NCBI GenBank assembly: GCA_963828125.1
Contig: CAWHDP010000001.1
Location: forward strand, 160,001-224,000
Direction of reading: 5' to 3'
Source of the DNA: an uncultured Chlamydiae bacterium
GTDB taxonomy: Bacteria; Chlamydiota; Chlamydiia; Chlamydiales; SM23-39
DNA: 64,000 bases
The position numbers and the translations under genes were made by a program. Positions 19,397-33,965 of this stretch are shown here, piece by piece. The notes below the pieces were generated by a model. The model saw nothing but the letters and a program-made list of their open reading frames with translations, was not told where the DNA came from and ran no database searches. The first letter of the stretch is position 1. Each line of letters starts with the position of its first letter.

Positions 19397-21373
19397 TCAT
19401 TTTGCAAGGAGTTTTACAACTCCGCTGGTGATTTTTGCATGCTCGCTCTCCACCTCTTCAAACGAGACGGTCTTGCATTTGTCCCGATAAATAAAGCGGA
19501 AGGTCGCATTTTTTTCTTTTGCGTCATCCGGCAAATAGAGATCGATCAAATCGACCCGCTCTAAAAGGGGTGTATTGAATGAGTAGATGGCCTGAAACAC
19601 CCGGTCGATCGGGATCTGGAGTTCGAGCGGCACTGTCCAATCGCGCTCGGATGAGGGAAATTGAGAGAGCGGGGCGATTTTGAGGTGGTGTTTTTTCATT
19701 TTCAGCAGATGGAGAAGATGGAGTTCGGCGTATAAGACCCGCTCCTCAATCCCGAATTTTTCGAGGAGCGAGGGGTGCACTTCGCCGAGCGAGCCCACGA
19801 CCCAATCGCCCATATGGATATCGGCTTGCCGCCCCGGGTGGAATGCGATATGCTCGGAGGGGTGATAGGCGGCTGTCAGAAGATTTTCGATGATCCCTTT
19901 TAAATCGAAATAGTCGATATCTTCCGCCTTGTGACTCCAGTGGGGAAGGGTCCGTTTCCCAGTCAGCAAAATGGCAGCCATCGGAATTTCAACGGCTCTC
20001 CCCTCCTGAAGGAAGTGGATTCGGCCCATCTCAAATGCGGAGATATTGTGGTTTTTTTGATCGATATTTCGTTTGGCCGATTGCAAAAGACCCGGCAGAA
20101 GCGAGGTGCGTAAAATGGAATATTCTTCAGACTTGGAATAGCCCGCCTTCAGAAAACCCATCGCTTCGGGAGTGATGCTCCGGCTGATATCGGCTAATTT
20201 TGGACTCATCAGATCGCATGATATAAACTCAACCAGACCCAGCCCCGCTAAACGGCGCCGCATCTCATTTTCAAAGAGAAAAACGGGGTCGCTCGGAATC
20301 AGCGAAGTAGAGCAGTAAGGGACCGATTTTTCGATGTTGTTGTAGCCGTAGATTCTCGCCACCTCTTCGACCAGATCGATCTCCTCCGAGAGGTCGGTCC
20401 GATAGAGGGGGATTTCAGCCCTCCCATTTCCCGCTTTAAATCCGAGCCGGACAAAAATTTCCTCTATTTCCGTCTCGGAGAGTTTGGTTCCAAGGATCTG
20501 GTTGATCCGAGCGGCTCTATAGCGGATCTCTTTCGGCAAAAGGGGGCCTTTTTTCGAATCAGCCACCCCCAATATTTTGCCGCCGATCATCTCAGCCGCA
20601 GCAAAAAACGCCTCTTCGAGACCTACAGGGTCAACCCCTTTCTCAAAGCGTAGGGAACTCTCTGTCCGTACACCGATTTTTTTCGACGCGGCTCGAATGG
20701 AGATCGGATCAAAACAAGCCGCTTCAAGGAGTATGCGGGTCGTCTTTTCCGAGACGGCGCTATTCTCCCCGCCCATAATGCCGGCAATGGCTACCGGTTT
20801 TTCTCCGTCGGAAATCAGTAAAGTCCCTGCGGGAATCTCCCTCTCTATCCCATCCAAACCTACGAATGCGAGCGGCCCTTTTGCAGAGCTGACCTCGATC
20901 CGATCCCCCGCCAGAAGATCGGAGTCGAACACATGGAGCGGCTGGCCCCACTTTAGCATGATGTAATTGGCTGCATCGACCGCGTTATTGACCGATTTTT
21001 GCCCGCACAACTCCAACTGTTGTTTCAGCCAAAGCGGCGACGGGCCTACTTCGACCCCTTCGATCAGGCAGCCCATGTAGCGGGGACAAAGAGAATCGTC
21101 TTGTATGACCACCTTTTTTTTAAGCGTCCCAAACGCTCTACGGACTGCCGGTTTTTGCAGAGGAATTTGGAGCGCTGCTGAGAGCTCCCTCGCTATTCCA
21201 AGCGCACTCATGCAGTGGCCGAGATTGGGAGTGAGCGAGAACTCTAGGACGGGATCGTCTCCCTCCTCGATGAGGTCCAATTCGACACCGAGAAGGGTGA
21301 GGGTTTCGCCGATCTGGATCGGCGTCAACGCAAGTTGAATGAAAGACTGGATCAACGATAGGGTCAATTTCAT
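19397..21373 (-). CDS. pheT: Phenylalanine--tRNA ligase beta subunit (short form)
   Basis: LTPNLGHCMSALGIAREL, GQPLHVFD, RFEKGVD, DLVEEVARIYGY, LRTSLLPGLL, FPSSERD. Confidence 0.93.
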   Translation of the reverse strand: MKLTLSLIQSFIQLALTPIQIGETLTLLGVELDLIEEGDDPVLEFSLTPNLGHCMSALGIARELSAALQIPLQKPAVRRAFGTLKKKVVIQDDSLCPRYMGCLIEGVEVGPSPLWLKQQLELCGQKSVNNAVDAANYIMLKWGQPLHVFDSDLLAGDRIEVSSAKGPLAFVGLDGIEREIPAGTLLISDGEKPVAIAGIMGGENSAVSEKTTRILLEAACFDPISIRAASKKIGVRTESSLRFEKGVDPVGLEEAFFAAAEMIGGKILGVADSKKGPLLPKEIRYRAARINQILGTKLSETEIEEIFVRLGFKAGNGRAEIPLYRTDLSEEIDLVEEVARIYGYNNIEKSVPYCSTSLIPSDPVFLFENEMRRRLAGLGLVEFISCDLMSPKLADISRSITPEAMGFLKAGYSKSEEYSILRTSLLPGLLQSAKRNIDQKNHNISAFEMGRIHFLQEGRAVEIPMAAILLTGKRTLPHWSHKAEDIDYFDLKGIIENLLTAAYHPSEHIAFHPGRQADIHMGDWVVGSLGEVHPSLLEKFGIEERVLYAELHLLHLLKMKKHHLKIAPLSQFPSSERDWTVPLELQIPIDRVFQAIYSFNTPLLERVDLIDLYLPDDAKEKNATFRFIYRDKCKTVSFEEVESEHAKITSGVVKLLAK

Positions 21374-21426
21374 AGACGCCCATTTTACCCTTTTCAAATT
21401 TTGTCGGAAAGAGTATTTTTTGAGTC

Positions 21427-22572
21427 ATGATCACAAACAAATTTAAATTCCTCACTTTGGCCCTCATTTTTAGCGGGACGATCAACATCGGCCTCATCGC
21501 CGCTTTTGCCTATTTTCGCTATCAGGAGACCTCGATTCCCGTTGCCCGGGCTGGCCACAAAGAGGCGCTCGCGACCAACAGCCAGATTTTTGCCTCCATG
21601 TCGCGGCTCACCTTCCGCGAACTCGTCAGCTATCTCACTAACCGAGATCTTGTCGAAGAGGGGTATATGAAACGGGATCTTGCGATCGCCGCCCTCGTCG
21701 CTTATCACCATTTTAACCTCGAAAAAGCTCTATCGGCCCCTCCCGCTCAAGTGAGGACGATTGTCTTGAACAGCGGTCAAACCATCGATGTTTTCCCAGG
21801 ACTGACTGAGGAGCAAGTGGAGGCGGTCATCCGCTTTGCCTACCAAGAGAAGTGGCCCCTCACTGCCAAAGGACTCTTTGCCCTGCTCCAGAGCGGGCAA
21901 TCTGTTCGCGATGAAAGTTTGGAACACGCCTTTCTCCTCACTTCCGAATTCTACGCGCTCCAACTTCTGTTTCAGAAAACCGGCGCTCCCGAAGAGCCCC
22001 AAATTCTTCTCAACCTAGCGCTCGACGGGAGCTGGGATCTGCTGGAAAAATTAGCCCGCGAGCAATCACAATGTCTCGATTTCTCGGCGGAAAAGCGGAG
22101 AGCCCTCCTCCTCAGCTATCTCACTCTCCATTCTCCGACTGCGGCCCAGCTCCTTCTCCGGACCGACTTCGCCTTCGCCCATAAACGGCTCGAGGATAAA
22201 ACGGTTCTCGAACTTCTCGCCCTTTTGGGCAAGCAGACCGAAGAGGGGACGAAATTTTGCATTGAACTTCTCCGCTCGCCCCGCAGCGACGCCATTTGGC
22301 AAGCGGCTGCCATGACCCTCTACGCCTACGCCGGGGAGCTCCCCGCCGCCCCCATCGATCCGAAAGCGGTTCTCGCCCGTTTTTCTTCCAACGAAGCGCC
22401 TCCCCAACCAGCCCCAGCTACCGCCCCCTCCTCCCGCTTCCACGTGGTGAAAGAAGGGGAGAGTCTGTGGAAGATCTCGCGGCAATACAAGGTCAAAGTG
22501 GACGAGATTGTCAAATTGAACGGGTTGGAGAAAGATTCTTTGTTTCCAGGCATGACTTTGAAACTTCCTTAA
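21427..22572 (+). CDS. Membrane-anchored LysM-domain protein
   Basis: N-terminal TM; C-terminal HVVKEGESLWKISRQYKV...LNGL...PGMTLKLP. Confidence 0.88.
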   Translation: MITNKFKFLTLALIFSGTINIGLIAAFAYFRYQETSIPVARAGHKEALATNSQIFASMSRLTFRELVSYLTNRDLVEEGYMKRDLAIAALVAYHHFNLEKALSAPPAQVRTIVLNSGQTIDVFPGLTEEQVEAVIRFAYQEKWPLTAKGLFALLQSGQSVRDESLEHAFLLTSEFYALQLLFQKTGAPEEPQILLNLALDGSWDLLEKLAREQSQCLDFSAEKRRALLLSYLTLHSPTAAQLLLRTDFAFAHKRLEDKTVLELLALLGKQTEEGTKFCIELLRSPRSDAIWQAAAMTLYAYAGELPAAPIDPKAVLARFSSNEAPPQPAPATAPSSRFHVVKEGESLWKISRQYKVKVDEIVKLNGLEKDSLFPGMTLKLP

Positions 22573-22588
22573 ATGGCCAATGTTCAGC

Positions 22589-22798
22589 TTAAGGAACCGG
22601 ATCTGAACCGCCGCGATGAAGCGGATGGCATCGGCAGAGCCGCCTAAAGAGGAGCCAGCTTCCTCGCATCGCCCCGTGTTTCCGGATCGCCTCAACCCCA
22701 TATTCGGAACAGGTGGGGAAGAAACGGCAACAGTGGCCGACAAAGGGGCTGAGCGCCGCTTGGTAGAGATGAATAAAAAAAATCACAACTGTTTTCAC
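22589..22798 (-). CDS. yidD: Membrane protein insertion efficiency factor YidD
   Basis: YQAALSP...CRFFPTCSEY...RLCRCHP...GGSDPVP. Confidence 0.95.
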   Translation of the reverse strand: MKTVVIFFIHLYQAALSPFVGHCCRFFPTCSEYGVEAIRKHGAMRGSWLLFRRLCRCHPLHRGGSDPVP

Positions 22799-22809
22799 GA
22801 GACCAGCAT

Positions 22810-24369
22810 ATGAAATTTGAAGAATTCCTCAAAGAGTTTGTCCCTCAGGCCGCCCGGAAATCCAAGCAATTAAATCAAGCTTACTGGATTTTGGAGACCA
22901 CCGGCTCCTCCGACGCCGCCGATTTAAAAGGAGAGCTCGATATCGAGTTCCGCCTCCTTTTCAACAGCCCAGAAATCTACAAAAAACTGCTTGCCTGGGA
23001 TCGGGAACCACACGATCCGATCGCCAAAAGAGAGCTCAACGTCTTGATTCGCGCCTTTAAACAGAATCAGATCCCCAAAAATCTCCTCGAAGAGATCGCT
23101 CAAAGAGAGGCCCTGCTCGCCCAGAGTTATGCCAATTTTCGCCCAGAACTCGACGGCAAACAGCTCTCCGAAAACGATATTTGGGAATGGATGAAAAAAG
23201 AAAACAACCCAGTGAAACGGAAAAAAATCTGGGAGGCGTCAAAGCAGATCGGTCCTCTGCTTGCCCCCCAAATCCTCGCCCTTGTCCGATTGCGCAACCA
23301 ATCTGCGCAAGTTCTCGGCTATTCCGACTATTTTCAAATGCAGCTCGATTTGCAAGAAGTTGAGCCCAAGTGGCTCTTGAAGACGCTCGAAGATCTCTCT
23401 CTTCAGTCGGAGAGAGCCTATTCAGAGGTTCTTGCCGAGATTAAGAGGCTGCAAGCGGAACGGTTTGGTACGAAGGAGCTGGGTCCTTGGGCCTGGAGCG
23501 ATCCATTTTGCCAAGAAGATCCTCTCGATTCCGAAGAACTCGATCAACTCACCGACGGCGTCGATATCGCTCAAACAAGCGCCCAGTTTTACCGAGAAAT
23601 GGGGATCGATGTGGAGCCGATCCTCTCCCGGAGCGACATGTATGAACGGCCCGGCAAAAACCAACACGCCTTTTGCATCAATCTCGACCGGGAAGGGGAC
23701 GTTCGAACCCTCAACAATGTCAAGCCCTCGATCAAATGGCTCGACACCGTCCTTCATGAACTCGGCCATGGCATTTATGAACTCGGCTTCGATCAAAAAC
23801 TCCCCTGGCTCCTCCGGGAACCGCCCCACATGATCACAACCGAAGCGATGGCCCTCATCGCCGGCAGACAAGCCCACCGCTCCGAGGCCTTGGCCCGCCT
23901 CGTCGGGCCGCAAAAAGAATCTCTCCGGAAAAAAGCCGAGAAGAGCCTCCGCCGCTGCCAGCTCATCTTCAGCCGCTGGGTCCTCGTGATGAGCGCCTTT
24001 GAAAGCGAGCTTTACCGCGATCCCGATCAAAATTTAAACCGCCTCTGGTGGCAGACCATAGAAAAATATCAAAAAATCGCTCCCCCCACAAACCGCGACG
24101 CCCAACCGGACTGGGCCTGCAAGTACCACATCGGCCTCGCTCCCGTCTATTACTTCAGCTACCTTCTCGGGGAGATGTTTGCCTCGGCCATCCAAGAGAC
24201 GCTTGTCCATGAGACCGGCAGCCCCAACCTCTCCAACCTCAAGGCTGGCCAGCTCCTCAATAAAAAACTCTTTGGACCTGGTAACCGGATGCCCTGGAAC
24301 GAACTCGTCGAACACGTCACCGGCGCCCCCCTTTCTCCCAATGCCTGGGTGAAAGAATTTGCAACATAA
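22810..24369 (+). CDS. M2/M3-type zinc metallopeptidase (gluzincin)
   Basis: HELGH, downstream TEAMA, KYHIGLAPVYYFSY. Confidence 0.85.
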   Translation: MKFEEFLKEFVPQAARKSKQLNQAYWILETTGSSDAADLKGELDIEFRLLFNSPEIYKKLLAWDREPHDPIAKRELNVLIRAFKQNQIPKNLLEEIAQREALLAQSYANFRPELDGKQLSENDIWEWMKKENNPVKRKKIWEASKQIGPLLAPQILALVRLRNQSAQVLGYSDYFQMQLDLQEVEPKWLLKTLEDLSLQSERAYSEVLAEIKRLQAERFGTKELGPWAWSDPFCQEDPLDSEELDQLTDGVDIAQTSAQFYREMGIDVEPILSRSDMYERPGKNQHAFCINLDREGDVRTLNNVKPSIKWLDTVLHELGHGIYELGFDQKLPWLLREPPHMITTEAMALIAGRQAHRSEALARLVGPQKESLRKKAEKSLRRCQLIFSRWVLVMSAFESELYRDPDQNLNRLWWQTIEKYQKIAPPTNRDAQPDWACKYHIGLAPVYYFSYLLGEMFASAIQETLVHETGSPNLSNLKAGQLLNKKLFGPGNRMPWNELVEHVTGAPLSPNAWVKEFAT

Positions 24370-24403
24370 TCGCCCAATCAGATACACTTCCCCTTCATCC
24401 TTT

Positions 24404-24487
24404 GCGAAAGTGGCGAAATTGGCAGACGCACTACCTTGAGGTGGTAGCGGGAGCAATCTCATGGGGGTTCGAGTCCCCCCTTTCGCA
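24404..24487 (+). tRNA. tRNA-Leu (GAG)
   Basis: GCGAAAG/CTTTCGC stem, CTACC-TTGAGGT-GGTAG anticodon arm, long variable arm. Confidence 0.95.
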
Positions 24488-24519
24488 TCTCACACACACA
24501 AAATATCTTCCACGTTTTT

Positions 24520-24592
24520 GCACCGATAGCTCAATGGATAGAGCACTTGGCTTCGGACCAAGGGGTTAGGGGTTCGAGTCCCTTTCGGTGCG
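24520..24592 (+). tRNA. tRNA-Arg (UCG)
   Basis: GCACCGA/TCGGTGC stem, CTTGG-CTTCGGA-CCAAG anticodon arm. Confidence 0.95.
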
Positions 24593-24859
24593 ACTTTTCT
24601 CGCGTCTGTGTGAGAAATGCGGGTTAGACTCTCGAGCATTCAGAAACTTAAGAAATGACGCTCGATTTATTTTTTTTGCAATTTTCATAGGGGAAAATCA
24701 CCTCCGATTTTTAAAAAAGTTGCACGAAATCTTCACTTTCAGGTATGTTCTACCTTGTTCTTTTTCACTAAAGGCGAAGAAGAAAGAGAGTAGCAAGACT
24801 ACTTAAGATTGTATCTGGAGCGGAAGACCTCAGCGTGCTGGGGGAACCGATAAAGATAT

Positions 24860-24886
24860 TTTGACAGCAGAAGAAGAGAAGAGTGT
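24860..24886 (+). other. 5' arm of the 16S processing stem (pairs with about 26554-26580)
   Basis: TTTGACAGCAGAAGAAGAGAAGAGTG is nearly complementary to CACTCTTCTCTTTTTCTGCTGTCAAA downstream of the 16S. Confidence 0.7.
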
Positions 24887-24945
24887 TTTGAAAAAGAACA
24901 AGCTTGTGTAAGGTCAACTGACCTTACTCGTCAAAAGTAATTAAT

Positions 24946-26496
<1,551 letters not shown>

Positions 26497-26592
26497 AAAG
26501 AGAAATGGGAACTCACTTCGGTGATCCCATAGGTTGAAAGCTTGTTCCGATCTCCACTCTTCTCTTTTTCTGCTGTCAAAGACTTGTCCGGC

Positions 26593-26665
26593 GGGGACTT
26601 AGCTCAGTTGGTAGAGCATCTGATTTGCATTCAGAGGGTCAGGAGTTCGAATCTCCTAGTCTCCA
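26593..26665 (+). tRNA. tRNA-Ala (UGC), rRNA spacer
   Basis: GGGGACT/AGTCTCC stem with G3:U70 pair, TCTGA-TTTGCAT-TCAGA anticodon arm. Confidence 0.96.
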
Positions 26666-26670
26666 TAAAT

Positions 26671-26744
26671 GCGGTTGTAGCTCAGTTGGTTAGAGCGCGA
26701 CACTGATAATGTCGAGGTCCCAAGTTCAAGTCTTGGTAACCGCA
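26671..26744 (+). tRNA. tRNA-Ile (GAU), rRNA spacer
   Basis: GCGGTTG/TAACCGC stem, CGACA-CTGATAA-TGTCG anticodon arm. Confidence 0.95.
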
Positions 26745-26888
26745 TACAATTTTTAGATAGTCGCGTCTTGAGCGCGGCGAGTTATTTTGAAAGTTTGAAT
26801 TACAGGCATTAACACGATAACTATAATTTTATAGATCATTTTTTTTATTAATTTGAGTCGGCGCTTGAAGAAGGCAACAAAAATACGT

Positions 26889-29830
<2,942 letters not shown>

Positions 29831-29904
29831 CATTTTTTTCGAGTCTTTTTCAAGAGCCGATTCAAGAGAATAAGAAGAGTAAATGCCTGTAATTCAAAAT
29901 TTTT

Positions 29905-30019
29905 TCTGGTGGCCATAGAGAGGGGGAAATACCTGATCCCATCCCGAACTCAGAAGTCAAGACCCTCGTCGCCGATGGTACTAGTCTCAAGAGACTGGGA
30001 GAGTAGGTAGCTGCCAGAT
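29905..30019 (+). rRNA. rrf: 5S ribosomal RNA
   Basis: TCTGGTGGC...CCCATCCCGAACTCAGAAGTCAAG...GAGAGTAGGTAGCTGCCAGA. Confidence 0.96.
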
Positions 30020-30027
30020 TTTCATCC

Positions 30028-30064
30028 AGCCCTGATTAAAGCAATTTAATCAGGGCTTTTTTTT
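30028..30064 (+). terminator. Rho-independent terminator of the rRNA operon
   Basis: AGCCCTGATTAAA-GCAA-TTTAATCAGGGCT followed by a T run. Confidence 0.9.
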
Positions 30065-30089
30065 GGTCATTCAACATTGACAACTCACT

Positions 30090-31972
30090 CTATTTTCTCA
30101 GCAATCGGAGGCTATTCAAGCCGACGAGGACGGTTCCCCCTTCGTGGAGGAGGACGGCCATCCAGAGGGGGACGAGGCCGAGGAGGGCGGGGATAGTGGC
30201 GAGGAAGATGACGCTGAGGGCGAGGGTGAGGTTTTGTTTGACAATACGCAAGGTCTGTTTTGATTTTTTGAAGAGCCAGCTCAAAAGGTGGAGATCGTCA
30301 TTCAATAAGACCACATCTGAAGCGTCGACGGCGGTTGCGCTACCGATCCGTCCCATCGAAATGCCGACGGTGGCGCGGGCGAGAGCTGGTGCGTCGTTCA
30401 TCCCATCGCCCACCATCGCAAGTCCCCCATTGGCAGAAAGTTCGGCGACTTTATCGAGCTTGTCTTCGGGTCGTAAATGGGCGTAGATTTCAGAAATGCC
30501 CAGCATCCCTGCTACATATTTCGCATTTCTTATATGATCTCCAGTCAACATCACAACCCGCAACGGCAGGCTGCGGATCAAGCGGGGGATTTCGGTGCGG
30601 ACTTGATCTGTAAACTGGAATAAATAGGTTTTTCCCGGAACAACAAAGCGGCGAGCACCCCCTCCTTAGCAGTTTCGACTCCGATGAATTCAGGACGTCC
30701 GATGGCCACCCGTTCGCCATCCACAGTCCCTTCCACTCCAAATCCAGGGATTGATTTAAAGTCAGCAATATCAGCCGGCAGGATCTTTCTTTGTTGAGCG
30801 AGTTTACAGATCGCGGCGGCGATGGGGTGGACGAGCTGTCTTTCGAGGCCGTAAGCTGCGGCGAGGGCCTCATCTGGGCAACCGACGGAAGTGCATTCGA
30901 GATCACCCGTGGTGAGGGTCCCTGTTTTGTCAAAGGCGATGATCGAGCAGCTAGCCAAGGCGTCAAGGGTGATTCCCCCCTTGAGGAGAATCCCCCTGCG
31001 GGCCGACGCGCTAATAGCGCTAAGATAGGCGGTCGGGGTTGCGATAATCAGGGCGCAAGGGGAGGCGGCGATGAGAAAAGCGAGGGCTCGGTAGATCGAT
31101 CCTTCGTGGCCGAGGAACGAGATCTGAGGGAAGAAGAGGGGGAGGGCAGCCGCAAAAAAGAACGTGAGGAGGATAATCGCTGTGGCGTAGTATTGGCCAA
31201 AACGGTCGAGCCACCGTTGGAGGCGGGGTTTGGCGTCTTGAGCTTGCGTGATGAGTTGAATGATCCGAGCGAGAGTCGAATCGGAGCTGGTTCGGTGCAC
31301 TTCGATGACGAGGGCAGCCTCGAGGTTGCGGGCGCCGGCGGGGACGAGATCTCCAGCCGTTTTCGAGACGGGAAGGCTCTCGCCAGTGAGGTGGACAAGG
31401 TTGACGGAAGAGATCCCATCGACTACTTTGCCGTCGAGAGGGACGATCTCTCCGTGTTTGACAAGGACTTTTTCTCCCACTTGGATTTCGCGAACCGATT
31501 TTTCATATTCTATCCCATCAGGAGCGATCATATGGGCGAATTTTGGGGCAATGTGATTGAGATTGTGGAGGGCGCTGCGGGCTTTATTCGAGACGGTCTC
31601 TTCCATACTATGAGAAAATTCAAAGAGGACGAGAAGGAGAGCCCCCTCCAATCCGCTATCGATAGCGACGGCGAGGAAGGCGGCGAGAGTCATGAGGACA
31701 TCGATGTTGATTTCTAGATTTTTTAGATCGGTGAGCGAAGCGATGAGGGCGGGAACGCCGGAGAGGAAGTAGACGAGGCAGAGGCAAAGAGCGGAGAGGG
31801 GCGGGTTGATGAACGAGAAGAGGAAGGCGAGGGCGAGGAGGCCAGCCGCGCTGCTGGCGCTTTTGAGCGAGAGATTTTCCCCCCATTTACGGGAAGAGGG
31901 GGTGAGAAAAGGGCTGATACTCTCTTCTTGCCCGGAAGAAAAAAATTCATCGAAAAGATAGGGCGTTTTCAT
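30090..31972 (-). CDS. Heavy-metal-translocating P1B-type ATPase (ZntA/CadA-like), split by a frameshift in an A5 run at 30629-30633
   Basis: LTGES, SPC metal motif, FDKTGTLT, HP in the upstream frame; MLTGD, GDGMNDAPAL, HEGGT in the downstream frame; one added A gives ...REKTYLFQFTDQVR. Confidence 0.88.
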
Positions 31973-32688
31973 AGGAGCAATTGGGAGAGGAAATAGGCAG
32001 CGCCGCTCGCGAGCGCTCCGATCGCCAAATTCCAAATGATAGCGGGGAGAGGGCGATTTTTCTCGAGTTGAGCACTCGTACCGGCAGAGAGGGCGATCAC
32101 CACAGCAGCGCAAACGGGAGATCCCCAATTCGGCAAGAAAAAAAGACCCAACGACATCACGAAGGCCGATCCGACCACTCCGACGAAAGAACCCGAGGCT
32201 TGTTTGAGGGGGTGCTCATGCGATTCGAGATGGAGACCGAGCTCCTCTTCCAGCATCACTTGGAGAAGTCGGTTGTCATCGGCCATCAACACCTCGACCG
32301 CCTCATCGAGGAGTTTGCCGGAAAAGCCTTTGGCGGCATACAAGGCGCGGAGCTCCTCTTTTTCCTGCGGCCGGTGGTGTTCGATTTCATAGCGCTCCTC
32401 CTCGATGACTCGATGGAGCCGCTCGAGCCGCGACCAGCCTAAAATGGCGCTCCGCCCCACCTTCCAAATCAGCCAGCCCGAAAGAAAAACGAGCATGAAA
32501 AGATCCGTTCCATTGGGGAGCAATGTCCACAAAATAAAAAGGATGAAGGCGGTCTCTTTCGCTGAATCGGCGGCAGCGCTGACATGGCCCGCCATCTCTG
32601 TCCCATGAATTTCGGCGGAAGCCACTTTCCCCTTGAGCCGCGCATCGATCACGTGCTGCAGCGGTTCTTTTCCTTTGAAATGACTCAT
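31969..32688 (-). CDS. VIT1/CCC1-family metal transporter-like protein
   Basis: EEERYEIEH..PQEKEELRALYAAKGFSG...MLEEELG plus TM helices; ATGA overlap with the ATPase gene. Confidence 0.85.
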   Translation of the reverse strand: MSHFKGKEPLQHVIDARLKGKVASAEIHGTEMAGHVSAAADSAKETAFILFILWTLLPNGTDLFMLVFLSGWLIWKVGRSAILGWSRLERLHRVIEEERYEIEHHRPQEKEELRALYAAKGFSGKLLDEAVEVLMADDNRLLQVMLEEELGLHLESHEHPLKQASGSFVGVVGSAFVMSLGLFFLPNWGSPVCAAVVIALSAGTSAQLEKNRPLPAIIWNLAIGALASGAAYFLSQLLL

Positions 32689-33962
32689 AGCTCCTCGGGA
32701 TGGAACAGAGGCTCTTCAAGAGCGGCTTTCATTAAATCGTAAAGCCAAATTTGATCTCGCGCGGCAATCGTTTCGCGTACTGAATGCATGGCCCAGCAGG
32801 CAATGCCGAGATCGACTGTGGGGAGCCCTGGATTGGCCCCCATCATTGCCCCGACGGTTCCTCCCCCCGAAAGATCGGATCGATTTGCGGTCAGTTGGAT
32901 AGGGATTTTATGTTTTTGGGCGAGCCGCACGATCGGGGCGGCAGTGGCCCCGCTCGTTGCATACCGGGCGCTGAACTTGACGATCGGCCCCTTTCCCATC
33001 CATGGAGAATTTTGCGGATCATTTTTATCGGCGAAATTTGGATGGAAGGCATGGCCGACGTCGGCAGAGAGGCAGAGCGAAGCGCTCTTCATCCGGTAGT
33101 AATCTTCCCGATCCATTTTGCAGTGCATGCAGATCCGCTCGAAGAGCTCGTTGACAAACAGGGAGTCTGCACCGGCGTAGGTCTGCGAGCCGATCTCCTC
33201 GTGATCCCAAAAAATAGCCATCTGGATCGATTCTTTGCGGGGGCGAGCTTGAAGAAGCGCCTCAAGGCTAGCAAAGGCCGAGGTGAGATTATCGAGCCGG
33301 TAGGAAGAGATCATCTCATCATCGAACCCGTTGAATCCCGCTTTTTCGATGGGAACTAAAAAGAGATCGAAACTGAGGAGCGTTTTAAACGGGTGCTGTT
33401 TTCGGAGCGTCTCTTCGAGATATTTCTCTTGGCTCGTCAAACTGTAAACAGCCCTCAAATGATCCTGCTTATGGACAATCAGCCCCTTGTCGTTCACATC
33501 TCGGTTGAGGTGAATCGCAAGGCTCGGGATGATGACTGGAAAATCGTCGAGATAGACCCTTTTCGAAGCGCACTGTTCATATTGATCGAGAACGACGATT
33601 CGCCCTGCGACGGAAAGATCTCGGTCCAGCCAAGTGTGAAGGAGCGGGCCCCCGTACAATTCGGTTCCGAGCTGCCCGATTCCGTTTGAGGCGATTTCAG
33701 GGAGAGGTTTGATTTTAAGGGCGGGGCTATCGATGTGGCTTGCGAGGAGAGTGGCCGAAATAGGCGCTCTCATCGGCATCCGGAAGGCGGCGACGAGTGT
33801 ATCTTCCCGCGTCACAAAATAGCCCTTTCCCGGTTCGAGGATCCACTTCTCTCTTTCGGTGAGCGGCGTGAAATCGGCCTCTGCTAAACGAACCCCAATC
33901 TCACTTGCGGCGTGATAAACGGTTGGAGAACGGTTTAGAAAACGGACAAATCTCTCCAACAT
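32685..33962 (-). CDS. M18-family aminopeptidase
   Basis: SHIDSP, WLDRDL, RLDNL, DHEEIGS, SADVGHAFHPN, AMHSVRE. Confidence 0.92.
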   Translation of the reverse strand: MLERFVRFLNRSPTVYHAASEIGVRLAEADFTPLTEREKWILEPGKGYFVTREDTLVAAFRMPMRAPISATLLASHIDSPALKIKPLPEIASNGIGQLGTELYGGPLLHTWLDRDLSVAGRIVVLDQYEQCASKRVYLDDFPVIIPSLAIHLNRDVNDKGLIVHKQDHLRAVYSLTSQEKYLEETLRKQHPFKTLLSFDLFLVPIEKAGFNGFDDEMISSYRLDNLTSAFASLEALLQARPRKESIQMAIFWDHEEIGSQTYAGADSLFVNELFERICMHCKMDREDYYRMKSASLCLSADVGHAFHPNFADKNDPQNSPWMGKGPIVKFSARYATSGATAAPIVRLAQKHKIPIQLTANRSDLSGGGTVGAMMGANPGLPTVDLGIACWAMHSVRETIAARDQIWLYDLMKAALEEPLFHPEEL

Positions 33963-33965
33963 GTT

